Shown here one piece after another: positions 31,147 to 56,120 of a stretch of DNA of 64,000 bases (position 1 is its first letter; every line of letters begins with the position of its first letter). Below the pieces are notes generated by a model. That model made no database searches. It had not been told where the DNA came from and worked only from the letters and a program-made list of their open reading frames with translations. The stretch lies in the NCBI RefSeq assembly GCF_009914755.1, contig NC_060941.1; one strand, 5' to 3'. Source of the DNA: the human T2T-CHM13v2.0 reference genome, Homo sapiens. Position numbers and translations under genes: made by a program.

Positions 31147-32249
31147 ACTGTTTCTTTATTTTTATTTTTTTTAGACAGGGTCTGACTCTGTTGCCCAGGC
31201 TGGAGTGCAGTGGTATGATTTGAGCCCTCTTCATCCCAGGCTCAAGCAATCCTCCCACTTCTGCCTCCTGAGTAGCCGGGACTATAGGTGCAATCACAGC
31301 TCACTGCAACCTTGACCTCCCTGGGCTCAGGTGATCCTCCCACCTTAGCCTCTCGAGTAGCTGGGACTACAGGTAGGTGTCACCATGTCCAGCTAATTTT
31401 TCTATTTTCTGTAGAGTGGGGGTCTCGCCATGTTGCCCAGGCTGGTCTCAAACTCCTGGCCTTAAGGTAATCTTCCCGCCTTGGCCTCCCAAAGTGCTAG
31501 GGTTACAGACTTGAGCCACAATGCCTGACCAGACTTTTTACTTTTTAAACCTTGCAACTAACTTGCCTTGGCTTAAACTCAAACTCCGTCTCACCTGTTG
31601 TGGGCAGCAGCTGGGGTGACCAAATGTCCCAATATGCCTGGATTGAGGGGTTTCCTAGAACACAGAACTTTCAGAGTCCCAAAGAAACTGGGATGAGTTA
31701 GTCACCTTTGCAGAAGTATAAATCTGTTTAGTTATTTTAGCCTCAGTTGGGCTATTTAGAGTGTAACTCTACACATTAGTGGATCAGCCAGAGAATTTAT
31801 ATCCAAAAAAGCCCTCTCTGGCTTTCTCCACTGCAGAATGTCTCCCTTCACTTCCCAGTTGCTGTGGTTGTTATGGTTTGTCAAAACTGTGGATTTTCTA
31901 TCCACTCTGAGGCTGAAATGGGGCCTGCCCTTGTATAAAAGGCCATAAAACAGGCTGCTTTTGGTCATTTTTCCAGTGCTTTCAGGTGATAATTTTTTTA
32001 ATATTTTGTCCAGAATCTATCATTCTTATCCGTGGAAAGGTTGGTTCAATAGGAGGTACTATTCCATTACAGAAATTAAAACTCTCCTTTGTTCTTTATT
32101 TTGACTGTGATCATTTACTCAAAACTATTTAGAAAAGTACTGATTTAAAATGGTCTATAATCAGGTCATATTCCAATTTTTAGTTTAAAAAATACAGTCA
32201 CTATAGTCATATTGTATTCTAATTTAAAACTTTTAATATGTTAGCCATT

Positions 32250-34950
<2,701 letters not shown>

Positions 34951-35281
34951 TAAAAACGCTAACTATGAAACTTTCAACTGCATGCTGAAAAGATTCTTAA
35001 CGGAGGGAAAAAAAAAAAGAAAGAACGAAAACTAGCTCAAAGCTTTCACATGAGCAACCTTCATGTGGGAACATCTTTTAGTCACTACACAGAAAGATGG
35101 CTTTTGATTTGGTGAACTAAAGGCAAAAGGTCTTGGTCCCCTGAATATTTTAAACCCTCTGACATTTAAATAGCTCTCAATATTTTTAAAGTGTCCTTTG
35201 TGTACTGTAAATAGCACCAGAAGTAACTGAGTGTAGTTTCGAAGAGAAAAATGAGATTCTGACTACCTTAGCATTCATAAC

Positions 35282-35394
35282 AGGAAAATCGCTTGAACAC
35301 GGGGGGCAGAGGTTACAGTGAGCCGAGATGGCACCACTGCACTCCAGCCTGGGCGACAGAGTGAGACTCCGTCTTTTAAAAAAAAAAAAAAAAA
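35282..35394 (+). mobile_element. 5'-truncated Alu right arm
   Basis: ATCGCTTGAAC...GAGACTCCGTC plus poly(A). Confidence 0.85.
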
Positions 35395-35929
35395 GAGATA
35401 GGAAAACCATCTGTGATCAGGTCACATGAATGTTCTTATTAGCTACTAAATTAAAACACAACAACAAGATAGATTGAAGTGTATTTCCCCCCTAAACTTC
35501 AAGGTATTTATAAGAACATGAAGCCCATTCAAAGACAGGAGTGGACAGATGGTGAAGGAACTCCCAAATGAAGACCAGAAACTTGTTAAATATTTCTAAA
35601 TGCAGCAAAAACATCTTAGTTTTTAATTAATCATTTTGTAACTTCTTTACACTTCAGTCCCCCCTAACAAATCCACAAAAAGTTTCCATTTGATGGGGTC
35701 TACTGTGGTCTTTTTAATGTGTAGGCAGTCAACATAGCTTTGAAATATTTTCCAAAAGAATGCTCTACAAAGTTAAGTAGGAAGAGTCCCTATATTGCTT
35801 TTGATAGAAATATAGTTTCCTGTACTGATGTTTATACATATCTGGGGCAAATGATGGAAGAATCTTGGAGTGGGTTAATTTTGTTGAAATATAAATCTCA
35901 TCAATTGTCTACATTTCTCCTGTTATTTG

Positions 35930-36610
<681 letters not shown>

Positions 36611-36652
36611 GAAGTTTTATATCTCTATTGTTGATCCCTATGAACGCACTAG

Positions 36653-37278
<626 letters not shown>

Positions 37279-39229
37279 CTAGGTCTATTACTAATACTTC
37301 TATGTTTACTTTCAAAACCCTGCAATTGGAATTTCAAGAGAAAGTTGCGGTTTTCACTGACGCAGTAATCAAAGAAATAAAACATTTAGACAGCACCTTT
37401 CATACAAAGCACTTTACAAATGTCACTGATTGAAAAATTAATGCGACTTTTCAGAGGGTAAAAATATCGACCACAGGATATCCAAATATCCAGATAAAAT
37501 ATTTTTAAATGAACATACATGTATGTATACAAATATATACTTAGCATCATGTTTTCATCAGGATTTTTGGGTATCATTAGATAAAACCATTTTCTTATTT
37601 CATTTAAAAGCCAGAGTTGTAATCTAGCAGAAAACTCTAGTTAATACCTATTTCATTTGTCTTTTTGCTCTTTCCACAACTAAATAACCAATCTCCTGAT
37701 ATGTTTTAAGGTTTAATTAAAACATAAGTGTTTTCCATTAACACCTTATCTCTTAAATAACACATCTTCTAAAGGACACAACTAGTCTACTACTGAGATA
37801 CTGACATATATATTAGACTGTAAAAGTTAAAGCTTATTTCTTTTGCAGTGTTCCACAGCACTCTCCCATTCATAGCTACTCATAGCCATTCTAGCAATCT
37901 CAAATTGTTTTCTACCAGTATAGAAAACAAGACTTCATCACATGCTTACTAAGAGATGATAATTTCAAATTCGTTTTTGGCTTTTTAGATTCTCTTTTCA
38001 TTGACGATGACACTATATAAATTTTCTCACCGGTTAGTTTTTTTAAGATACCAAGGTTTTTTTTTTTTTTTTTTTCAGAGTTTCTAACATTTCATGTGCT
38101 GTAAAACGAAAGGGGGCAGATTATAAATAAAATTTAAACTTGGAAATGGCAGGAGTCTAGTTAATTGAGATTTCATGGAAGTTCACATATGAATGCTTTA
38201 CCTATTAGTTCAAGTATAAATTAGCTATGAAGAAAATCAAATATTTACATTAGCAACAAAAATGTACAATCATGTTTTTAATTCTAATGGTTATAAACTT
38301 GCCTTTATTTCTAATACTGTACTATTAAATAATTACCATTGAATTAAGAATATTAGCTAACAAAATTTTCCTCTTAATTTCAGAGATCATATTTCTACTC
38401 CATGGTCTGTTTTCCCAGTAGGAAGTATAAGCACTAAAGGAAAGCAAAATGTCAAATCTCAGAAAGAATCCTGTATTGAGTTTGCCAGCTGTCAGGCACC
38501 AGAGGTGCCTGGCAGCTGCCAGAAAGCTATCTCTGAATGTTGATATTCCATTCCTTCTTTATAATAGTAAATGGAGTCCTTTATACCCATACCTCTTTTT
38601 TAAAAAGAAAAAGTTTATCTTATCTAAAATGTTCACTTTTACTTTATAATTAAAAGTTTTAGAAATTGAGGCACTGATTATAAGAATGTTTTCAGAATTG
38701 CAACATTAACACCTGGGACTGTAAATGTGGCAGAGAAGCGTTCGCTGTCATTTCTGCAAAATCCTTTACCAGTTCTCCGTATCACCATCATATATAATCA
38801 TTCCTCAAATTCCATCAGTACAAGAACAGTTCTGTAGGATGAAAAATGATCCCTATAACCGATGAAATTAGCATATTAGAATCGAAATTATTATCATAAC
38901 TAGCTTACCTCTCCTTCCTCTGCCATCTGATGTTTGAATGTCCTCTAATATCCCCCTACTTGGGTTATACAGCCTCTGCTTGAACACTTCGAATAATACA
39001 GAAGTTATTCCTTTCCATTTCAGAAAAACTCTAGTAGTTAAAAGCATTCTTTCTTAAATGTAGCTGAACTCAAATTTACTGAAATGTCTATTTCAGGTCC
39101 TAGTTCAGCTTTCTGGGAACATACAGGATAAGTTATAGCTCAGATGTTACCACCCAGTTTCCTGACCATGGTGAGAGCTGTCTTCTGAACCCGTTTTTGT
39201 TTGCCTGTGGCTCTCCAAAAACGTGGCAT

Positions 39230-39445
39230 CAAGCACTCAGCCTAATAGTGCAATGAGATTTCTTTTTTTCTCATAACAATTCTGGAAGATAAATAGGGGC
39301 AATGGCATTTATTATTTTCCCCATTTTACAGACAAAATCCAAGATACAAATAATGACAAAAAACATAAAGGCCAGTAATCGCCCAAGGGCACAAAGTCAG
39401 TGACACATTAAGAAGAGAAGCAGGATTTGTCTCTTGAGTTTTACT
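39230..39445 (-). mobile_element. MIR fragment
   Basis: Core ATTATTTTCCCCATTTTACAGA...GCCCAAGG. Confidence 0.6.
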
Positions 39446-40149
39446 GTTGCTTCAGAGAATTTAAATCGTGTTTTAAATGCCTTCCTATACAGATTACAGA
39501 TTTTAGAAGGCCAGAACTAGAAGAAATTTTAGATCCAATTAATTTCAAACACCCTAACTGACTGTGCATTATTGCTGATTGAGGGGAAAGGAAGATAACA
39601 AAAACAAAGACATGCATTAAAGTGAGAGTAATCCCTCCAATCATGAAATACTTCCTTCCCTATTTCCTTGGGCTAAGGTAAATGTTAAGAAACATCAAGA
39701 CTGCTTGCTTAAAAACACCAGATCAAATACAACCAAGTTACTGTTCCAGTTCTTCCTACCCTCCCCCTTTAAAAAAAAATAAAGCATTCCATTTTTTCTC
39801 CTAGATTAAGTGTTTAATGAGGAAACTGTAGACCGTGGGGCACAGGTGAACTGCTGACAACTGTTGTTAAAACAACAAAGTCAGTGTCTAGTGTTATTTT
39901 CCTTCAAAGGTCAGTTACCCTTAAGTTGTAGACAAAAACATACATTCCAATTTTACCTTGTATATCACATGCTACCAAATGAACATGCAGAGAGAAAAGG
40001 AAAAATGGGCATTTCATGTCATTGCTACTTTAAAAAGATGTTTCTGGTAAAATGATTGAATCTAACATATTGAAATGAAGACTTGTTTTATAACTGTAAA
40101 ATGCCTAGTTTTATAACTGTAAAATAGCTGGAGCCAAAAATAGAATCAT

Positions 40150-43510
<3,361 letters not shown>

Positions 43511-43899
43511 ATCCATTGAATACTCACACATCTCCAAATATCTAAATCCTAAACCTAAGAAATGCAATTATAACAGTATCTTCTTGCTTTTGAAAAAAAC
43601 TTTGAATCTCAAGAGTTTCTCATGATTTTGCTACAGAATTTTTATAAGTTGCATCTACACCAACCACTCACTGAATGGGCTCCATATATAGCTTAAAACT
43701 CACGTGGTACAGAAATTTATTTACATGTCATGCATAAACTAAATATGAAGATATTTTCAGTGATCACTAATTTCCCAAACTTCCCTGCAAATTGGGATTT
43801 CAAAATGTTTCAATATTGGCATTTTTCTCTCAATAAACTTACACTACAGATAGTGTAAATGTCACTCATCTTTGAAAAACAAAACAAACACAAAACCTC

Positions 43900-44995
<1,096 letters not shown>

Positions 44996-45233
44996 AGATT
45001 TCTGACTTTTGAATTATATTGTATAATAAATGTATTACAAGATTCATCAAAATTAAACTTTATAAAACTGTCGTTCTTCAACTATCTTTTAAAATCTTTT
45101 AAACAATAAAAAACATACGTTAAGTACATATGTGAAGATGACCCACCACTGATGCAATGTATGCTATCAGAGTGATGATAGGTTTTGCTGATACTGTTTA
45201 AACTGTAGGCAATGCTTGTCAAAATTTTTTTTA

Positions 45234-45883
<650 letters not shown>

Positions 45884-47653
45884 CTATATTTCAAAATGTA
45901 AATGCACCAGCACAATTATTCCAGAAGACAGAATAAGGTAGATAGACGTATTTGTAGAATCACCATGAATGCAACAGCTAAATGCAGAAGGATGCATGCT
46001 GCATCAATTTAAAAAAAAAAACAAGCAAGGAAATAAAATTTAAAAAACAAGGAAATAAAGCCATGGATCAAATGAAAAACAGTAATAATAATGGTAAAAG
46101 TGGCTAAGCTCTAAACTAAACAAAAAAAATCATCCTCTCTCAATGTAGGTGGTAATTCCAATCCTAGATAAATTTGAGTGTACTAAAACCATGCAAAAAT
46201 GCTTCATGTTTGAACATAAAATGGAGTTACAGTCTAGAAGTCATTAGACAGCAAAAAATGTCACTACGTTTCAGAAAAGGAAGGTATTCCTCTTAGAATG
46301 AGGGATGGCTTCCTAAAGGAGATGGCATTTAGGATAGACCATAATGGATGAGTGAGGATTTCAGTTGGCATGATTGTGGTGCTATTAACAGTGTTGGGAA
46401 GTCAGGAGAAGTTGGTTTGGATTGGAGAGAAAATTAGTTCATTTTTGGACTTGTTGAGTTGGAAGAACAGCATTAGAAAAATGGGGAGTGAGGGAAAGCA
46501 ATGCCTGAACAGGGAACACTAAGCAGCAGTCCAGAGTCACATTACAGGACAGAAGATACCACTGGAAAGGTACTGAAGCTGTGTTGTGGAGTATCTTAAA
46601 TGTCCAACCAAAAAATATTTAAAATGGTGTCTGAGTAGGAGAATAACTTTATGTTTTAGGAAGATCATTCTGGCAGCAATCCTCAAAACAGATTAAAAGA
46701 GGCAAGTCTAGATACAGGGTTACTAGTAGGAAAAACATGTAACGGTCTAAATCAGTCATTTTCAAAATGTGTTTTATGGAATCCAGGGTTGCAGAGGGCT
46801 GCCACAGGGCTGATCTATGGCAAGAGGAAGATAGGCTTAGCAGTGGTCTCTTGCTCCTTCTCCAATCTCTCATTTGGAACATTACACTTGCATCTGATCC
46901 CACATAAGATTTTGGTATAAACGGTGTCCTGTTGCAAAAAAAACAAGTTTTTGTCTTGTTTTTGTGTCTAATCCTAACTCTTGTTGAAATGTGAGACTAA
47001 CAGTGAAATACCTCAAGGTCATCGTGTAATCATCAAGTCTCATTGTGTAGAGTAGTAGTTATAAAATCTATAAGCACTACATGAATTCCTAATATCAACT
47101 TGTTCAGTCATTATTTGTCCTATTATATAGATTGGATCTCCCTCCCCAAATTGGATTACGTGTAAAAATGTTCTAGTTGTTTAGGTCTGGGGCAACTAAG
47201 TCCATACTAGGTCATTGATGTTTGCAATGGATATCTATAGAGTCCTTTGAGAATCTCCAAATTCCTTTTATTGAGATGTGCATACTATGCTATTGGCTTG
47301 GCACACTTAGAAGCTGTTACTTGTTTGTGCATTCTGGTCTCCTAGCCCTACTAATTCAAATCTGAAAAATTAGTCGGGCAGTATTGGCACATGCCTGTAA
47401 TCCCAGCTACTCAGGAGGCTGAGGCAGGAGTGCTTCACCTTATTATTTCAGAACAGTTTTTAATTAAACTACTCCCAGAAACTTGAGAAAGGATGATAAG
47501 TAATCTTTGCTTCAAAGTTGAATCACAAAAATATTTAACATTCATTTTATTTCATTCTGAACATAAAAATCAAACAAGAAATGCCCCAACTTTATTATAA
47601 GTATTTAAGATTTATAATATACGATGATGATGTAACATGTATTATAATATACA

Positions 47654-47850
47654 ATGTATATTGTATATGTACAATATAACATGTATATTGTATATGTACA
47701 ATATAACATGTATATTGTATATGTACAATATAACATGTATATTGTATATGTACAATATAACATGTATATTGTATATGTACAATATAACATGTATATTGTA
47801 TATGTACAATATAACATGTATATTGTATATGTACAATATAACATGTATAT
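47654..47850. repeat. 27-bp minisatellite ATGTATATTGTATATGTACAATATAAC, 7 perfect copies plus a partial
   Basis: Counted directly; explains the (MYIVYVQYN)n ORFs. Confidence 0.97.
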
Positions 47851-48006
47851 AATAACTCTTTTAAATGCTTGTAAGGTTACATGTTACATGTCTTTGTTAG
47901 TGAGTAGTTGATTACTATACTGTGACAGAAGCATGTCCCAAGCAGCTGAGCCTTAGCCTTTACAGGCACTTAATAAAGTACAGGGAATAAGACAGTTAGT
48001 AATATT

Positions 48007-48606
<600 letters not shown>

Positions 48607-49564
48607 TTACTCATCATGTTTATAAAATTTTAATATTTGGAAAAAAAAGCCTCATTTTGAGGTCAGAGGATAAATTTATACACTGATCATCTTCAATACT
48701 TTAAAGTCTGGAATTTTATGTGAAATTCAAATGAAATTTAAATCAAGTTAGCCCGTGAAGCACCTTTGTGGAACTGCCTACACTGTATGTAAGCATATAA
48801 ATCAACTATTAGTGATTTTTAGCAGTCTAGGTCAAGGGATTTCTTAACTAAGAGATAGAGGTAGATGACAGCAAAAATGACTAGTTGTTATATATTATAA
48901 AAATTAGTTACTTCCAGTTTTCATACTGGACAATATTTTCCATCAGTTATGATGTAATTCCATATCCATAAAAATGTTATAGGTTTGTGAGAGTGATCTT
49001 TTTCTCATATCCACAAACTCCTAGAGGAAATTGTTCTGATGTGCCAAATATTCTGGTAAATTAATAGTCTCTCTAATATACATTACTTCTTAAATGAACT
49101 GATGTTGCTGTGATAGAGTATTCAAATTAAGTGATGTTCAACAATTTTAAGAATCAAAACATCTATTGTGAAGAAAAGGTTTATAGTGGAAACTGCAGTG
49201 CTTCACTGAAATAAAAAATGTACCAAAATTATTAAATAAAGCCAAAAGTTAGAAGGCATTGTATTTTGTGGGGGGCATGGATTAGAAAAATGGCCGTATT
49301 CACGCATTGGATTTAGCCAATACTTCAATCTCTTCTACCAAACCTTTAACAGTACCTTTAACAAATTAGCCAGCAAAATTTACCAATTTCAATGTCTCTA
49401 TTTTCCTTCCCCCCTTTACTATAAAAGCTGGGCAAGAAAAGAGTCAAATGACCAAACACACAGGCAACTCATTCATTAATTTATTAAACAAATATGACTA
49501 CAGGCCTACTATGTGCTGGGGACTGGGTTGGGTACTAGTTACCACCGATTATAAAAAGATCCCC

Positions 49565-51985
<2,421 letters not shown>

Positions 51986-52252
51986 CTGGATGTCTGATAA
52001 AAGATCTACCAATAATCAATAATCTTTTAGTCCTAAATAAGTGTAAGTATATACATTTATATATGAATGAAAAGTTTATAACAATGTATTTTTAAAGTAT
52101 CACTTGAAAGCGTATGCTATTTTTATGGCATCATCTATATCTTACTGACTGAGAAAACAAATTTCTGCTCATATTCAATGGATATTTTAATGGACTAATT
52201 GCGATCCTGAAATCTGCTTATGTAAATTTAACAGTTAAAATTTGGCTTTACA

Positions 52253-52600
52253 CAAAAAAGAATGAAATCATATCCTTTGCAACAACATGGATGCAGCTGG
52301 AGGCCATTATTCTTAGTGAATTAACACAGAAACAGAAAACCAAATACCGCATGTTCTCACTTATGACGGGGAGCTAAACACTGGGTACACATGGACTGTT
52401 ATGAATTAATGTGACCCCCAAATTAGACACTGATGACCCCAAAATGGGGAAGGGTGGGAGGAGGGCAAGGGTTGAAAAACTACCTATAGGACACTATGCT
52501 CATTATTTGGGTGACAGGATCAATAGAAGCCCAATCCTCAGCATCACATAATATACTTATGTAAGAAACCTGCACATGTACCCCCTAAATCTAATTTTGT
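52253..52600 (+). mobile_element. L1PB/L1PA-type 3' end
   Basis: AAAAAAGAATGAAATCAT...GCAACAACATGGATGCAGCTGGAGGCC...AAACCTGCACATGTACCCC. Confidence 0.88.
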
Positions 52601-52804
52601 TAAAATTGGCTTTAAGTGACAGTCTAGCAAAAAATATCCAATAACATTTTTGTTTTCCAAGCTTTCTTTTTCAATTATACAGTTTAAGTGCTTAAAAAAT
52701 TACTGAGCTTTATCAAAGAATTACTAGCCCCAATCTCCTACTTTAAAAATTTATTTAAATAAAATGCATCACAATAAACATAATAAAAAGTACTTTTTCA
52801 GCAC

Positions 52805-53200
52805 TATTTTAATTGAATGCAACAAATTCTGAGGGCCTTCTATGAACCAGAAACTGTCCTTCGCATTCAGTGTACAAAAACAAGACACAGTCTCTGTTCT
52901 CCAGAAGCTTAAAGACCAGAGGGGGAATAAACACCTACATCAATAAATAATTTCAACACAATGTGGTAGAAGTATACACAGAAAGGAGAGGCCCTTAGCT
53001 GAGGTGAAGGAACATGAGAGACTGGGTAGGGGTGATCACCAGAAGGCACTAGGAGGAGGTCATCAGAAGAAGGTCATCAGAGAGCCTTCATGGCGATGAT
53101 GCCTGAGCAGAGTCTTGAAAGATGAGTAGGCATAAGCAAGTAGAGAATGGGTGAACATAATAGCAAAGACATGGAAGCATGAAATAGCATACTGGATTAA
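52805..53200 (-). mobile_element. L2 fragment
   Basis: Recalled similarity (GCCTGAGCAGAGTCTTGAAAGATGAGTAGG). Confidence 0.6.
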
Positions 53201-55649
53201 AGGAAGTACAAACAGGAATTTTGAAAAATTATGTTCTACCAGGACGCCACGGCCTTTCTGTGGCTTTTGTTTCTTAAAACCTTCGCATTTCATCCTCCAT
53301 ACGCTCACAATGGAGGGCAAACAGATTCCATCATCTACAGGCTTTATCTCTGTTAATCTCAGCCATCCAGAACATGGAAAGGGACCTGAAACAAAACCCT
53401 ACTACCACAAAATCTATGTGGTAAGAAATATAAGCTGACATCAAGAAGGAGACAAAAATTGTACAATATCCTAGGTATGTTTGGTGTAGGGGCATTCAGC
53501 TCAAAACCCCTGTGAGAATATATTATGGAATAATATATGATCTGATGGTGAGAACAGTAACTCAGAGTTGCCGAGATAAACTTATCTCTTATGTACCTTG
53601 CTTATAAAGCAGGGAGCTGTGTAATAAATATACTTAGAAAAATCTTTACTCAATATTGTTAAAAATAAAAATGTTTTACATTAAATAAGAAGTCTGCCAT
53701 TACCTGTGAAATTCATGTTTGTGAACCACCTCATTTCCCGACCATAACAGACAGAAGAGATGTTATAGTACAAATAATAAAATTTAGTGATTCATAAACA
53801 GTCTTTGGGTAGAAAATATTTAAGGTCACAGATTGTGAGAAAATTAAAAAGTTATAGCTTCTGATTTTAGTATATTCATTAAATCTTCATTTCTACAAGA
53901 TTTCTATTTCAAAAGCTTATTCATCTGACATCTTCATACATAGAAAGTCTCAATAAATTAATTAAAAGATAAATGAATTTGTTAAATGACTTTATATGCT
54001 GAAGGAATGATATACAGTATTGCATTGTACAATAAACTGTTATGAATCAATGTGACCCCCAAATTGGGCAGAAAATAAAGGTATTCCATGAAGTATTCTA
54101 CTTTCTTACATTGCCAAGAGAGGTATACACTATAGACCAAATCTCTAATCTAGACTGAGATCAAAACCACAAGATGATATAAAAATTTTTTAAATATCAA
54201 AAACATGGGCCAGATTAGTCTATTTTGGGTAGCTATAATGAACCAGATATTTTACCACATCAAATACTCTATACGCAAGGACCTGACATTAAAATAGCCA
54301 AATTCATATAATTAACCTCTTTTTAAAATTTAAATGTTAAAGTTTTTTCATTAAGCATAATCTATACTATCTATCTCCATGGACCTATAGATTTAATCTA
54401 ATCATGTAAACACAACTTTAAAAAGTTATTGATCTACATTCTCTTTCCATTTATAGTCTACACACTCTAAATTAAATTCTACACAAGTTTTCATTCTTTT
54501 CTTCTTAAGGGAGTCTTCAGGCTTATTAAACATCTGTGTTAGTACACCAATAACCTAAGATATGCTATTTAGTTTCTTTATTGCACATTAAATAAATGAA
54601 TTTGGAAGTATTAACATTTATAGAGAAATACTCCAGTTTCTATGGATTTACATGATTCTGTACATTATCCTTGATACGTGGTATGGTTACGGCTAGGAAA
54701 AATAGTGTTGGAGTACTGATTTATAATTTCATAAAAACAAATTAATCATTTGTAATAATTAAAGCATATGAGCTTTTCAAAAATTATTTTTCCCATAGTA
54801 TACAACAGCCCAACTTTTTTTCCTTGTTATTGGCCAATAAAACCTTTGTTAAAAATTACACTTCAATAAACCATTATTTAAATGTTAAAAATGCAAAATT
54901 TTTAAAGTTTTCAAGCCCTAATTAAAAAAATTAAAAGCATAAAGTTTTTGATATTTTAACAACTTTATATACTCTAGAAATAAAGCTGCCAAAGATCAGT
55001 TCATTGTTAATTAGAGATTCTTCCATTATTATGAAGAAAATACCCACGATCTTCATATTTATCAAAGTAACATTTTAGTTAGGTGTCAATATCTCATTTT
55101 TAATAGAATGAAATTCTGAATTTCTTAATCCCACCATCCCCCCCCGAGTTGAGATGCATTTGCCATTTTCAAGGTTTTAGAAACACTTGTTGAAAAGACC
55201 ATTGAAGAGTTTACAGTAGCAGTGTGAAATTTTAGGTATCCCAAGGAAGTACAGAATGAAAAATGTTTGAGAAGCAAGGATAGTGTTACGACTTTCAAAA
55301 TTAATTCATATGAAACTCCTAATGTGAACCTGATTTTTTGCGCTGGGTAAAGAAGACTCATTAGAAGATCGAGTTCCAAGGGAACTGCAAATGCCAACCG
55401 CTTTAAAATGTACCTTTCCCATATGACACCATTTACCCTTGGAAGAAAACAAGTTACTCAGATTAGTCTAATTCCAATAAACACTGAGGCCATGAAGGAA
55501 AAAATATCCAAAAGGGTTGATTATTCCACCCCAGATTTGCAGCCATTTCAGGGACACCCCTTAAGTGCTCTTCCTCTGCAGATGTAGGGTAGACCCCCCA
55601 TGTCTGACAATTCTTTAGAAATAAAATTGCGAAGAAGTTATCACTTTCC

Positions 55650-56120
55650 AAAGGGCGGGGGAAGGACAAGTGAGAGACGTTAAGAGAACCGACGCGCTTT
55701 GTCCTCTGAAATACCTCATATTTACTTTTGACAAAAGAAGTAAATAGAAGCAAAACTGAGATTCAGAAGAAACTCTTTCTACTGCTTGCACAGGTTAAGT
55801 TTCTCAAAGACCCCGGAGAAAAGAAGCGGGCTGGAGGCTCACCTTCCATGTCGCTGCCGGGCCGGGCTGGAGCTGCCGCTGTGGCTACTCGGCCTCTCCA
55901 CGTGCTCCTGCCGTCGCCTGGACTCAGCGCGCAGCTGGCGGGAGATTCCCGGCGCGGGGAGTCCCCGGGATCCGGCAGCCGCGTCGGCGCAGACTGAAAA
56001 GGGCAGGAGCCGGCGACCTGCCGGTGCGCGGGGTTACAGCGGCGCTGGCTGGCGGCGGCTTTAAAGGACGCTGGCCGCGGAGTGCCGCGGGTTCCGCGCC
56101 TCCAGCCCCCTTTCGAATGT
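55650..56120 (-). promoter_or_regulatory. IKZF3: IKZF3 promoter / exon 1 CpG island
   Basis: CpG-dense GC-rich stretch in AT-rich surroundings; CACGTG 55899-55904, CAGCTG 55932-55937, NF-kB-like GGGAGATTCCC 55940-55950 and GGGGAGTCCCC 55956-55966. Confidence 0.88.
55843..55849 (-). CDS. IKZF3: IKZF3 (Aiolos) coding exon 1: ATG GAA G (M-E, 7 nt); 5' UTR extends to higher coordinates
   Basis: Minus strand reads GCGAC ATG GAA G|GTGAG inside a CpG island; joins exon 2 in frame to give MEDIQTNAELK, the Aiolos N-terminus. Confidence 0.96.

Noticed and set aside
38496-38510. CTCF-like GCACCAGAGGTGCCT
   Set aside because: Mismatches at key core positions. The polymorphic CTCF site I recall in ZPBP2 lies past the window end.
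47605-47911. Palindromic 27-bp repeats resembling a CRISPR array, and repetitive ORFs
   Set aside because: No spacers, no cas genes, primate intron; a plain minisatellite.
53698-53770. Possible extra IKZF3 exon ending CAG|GTAATG on the minus strand
   Set aside because: Donor only; no acceptor, start site or frame could be supported from sequence.
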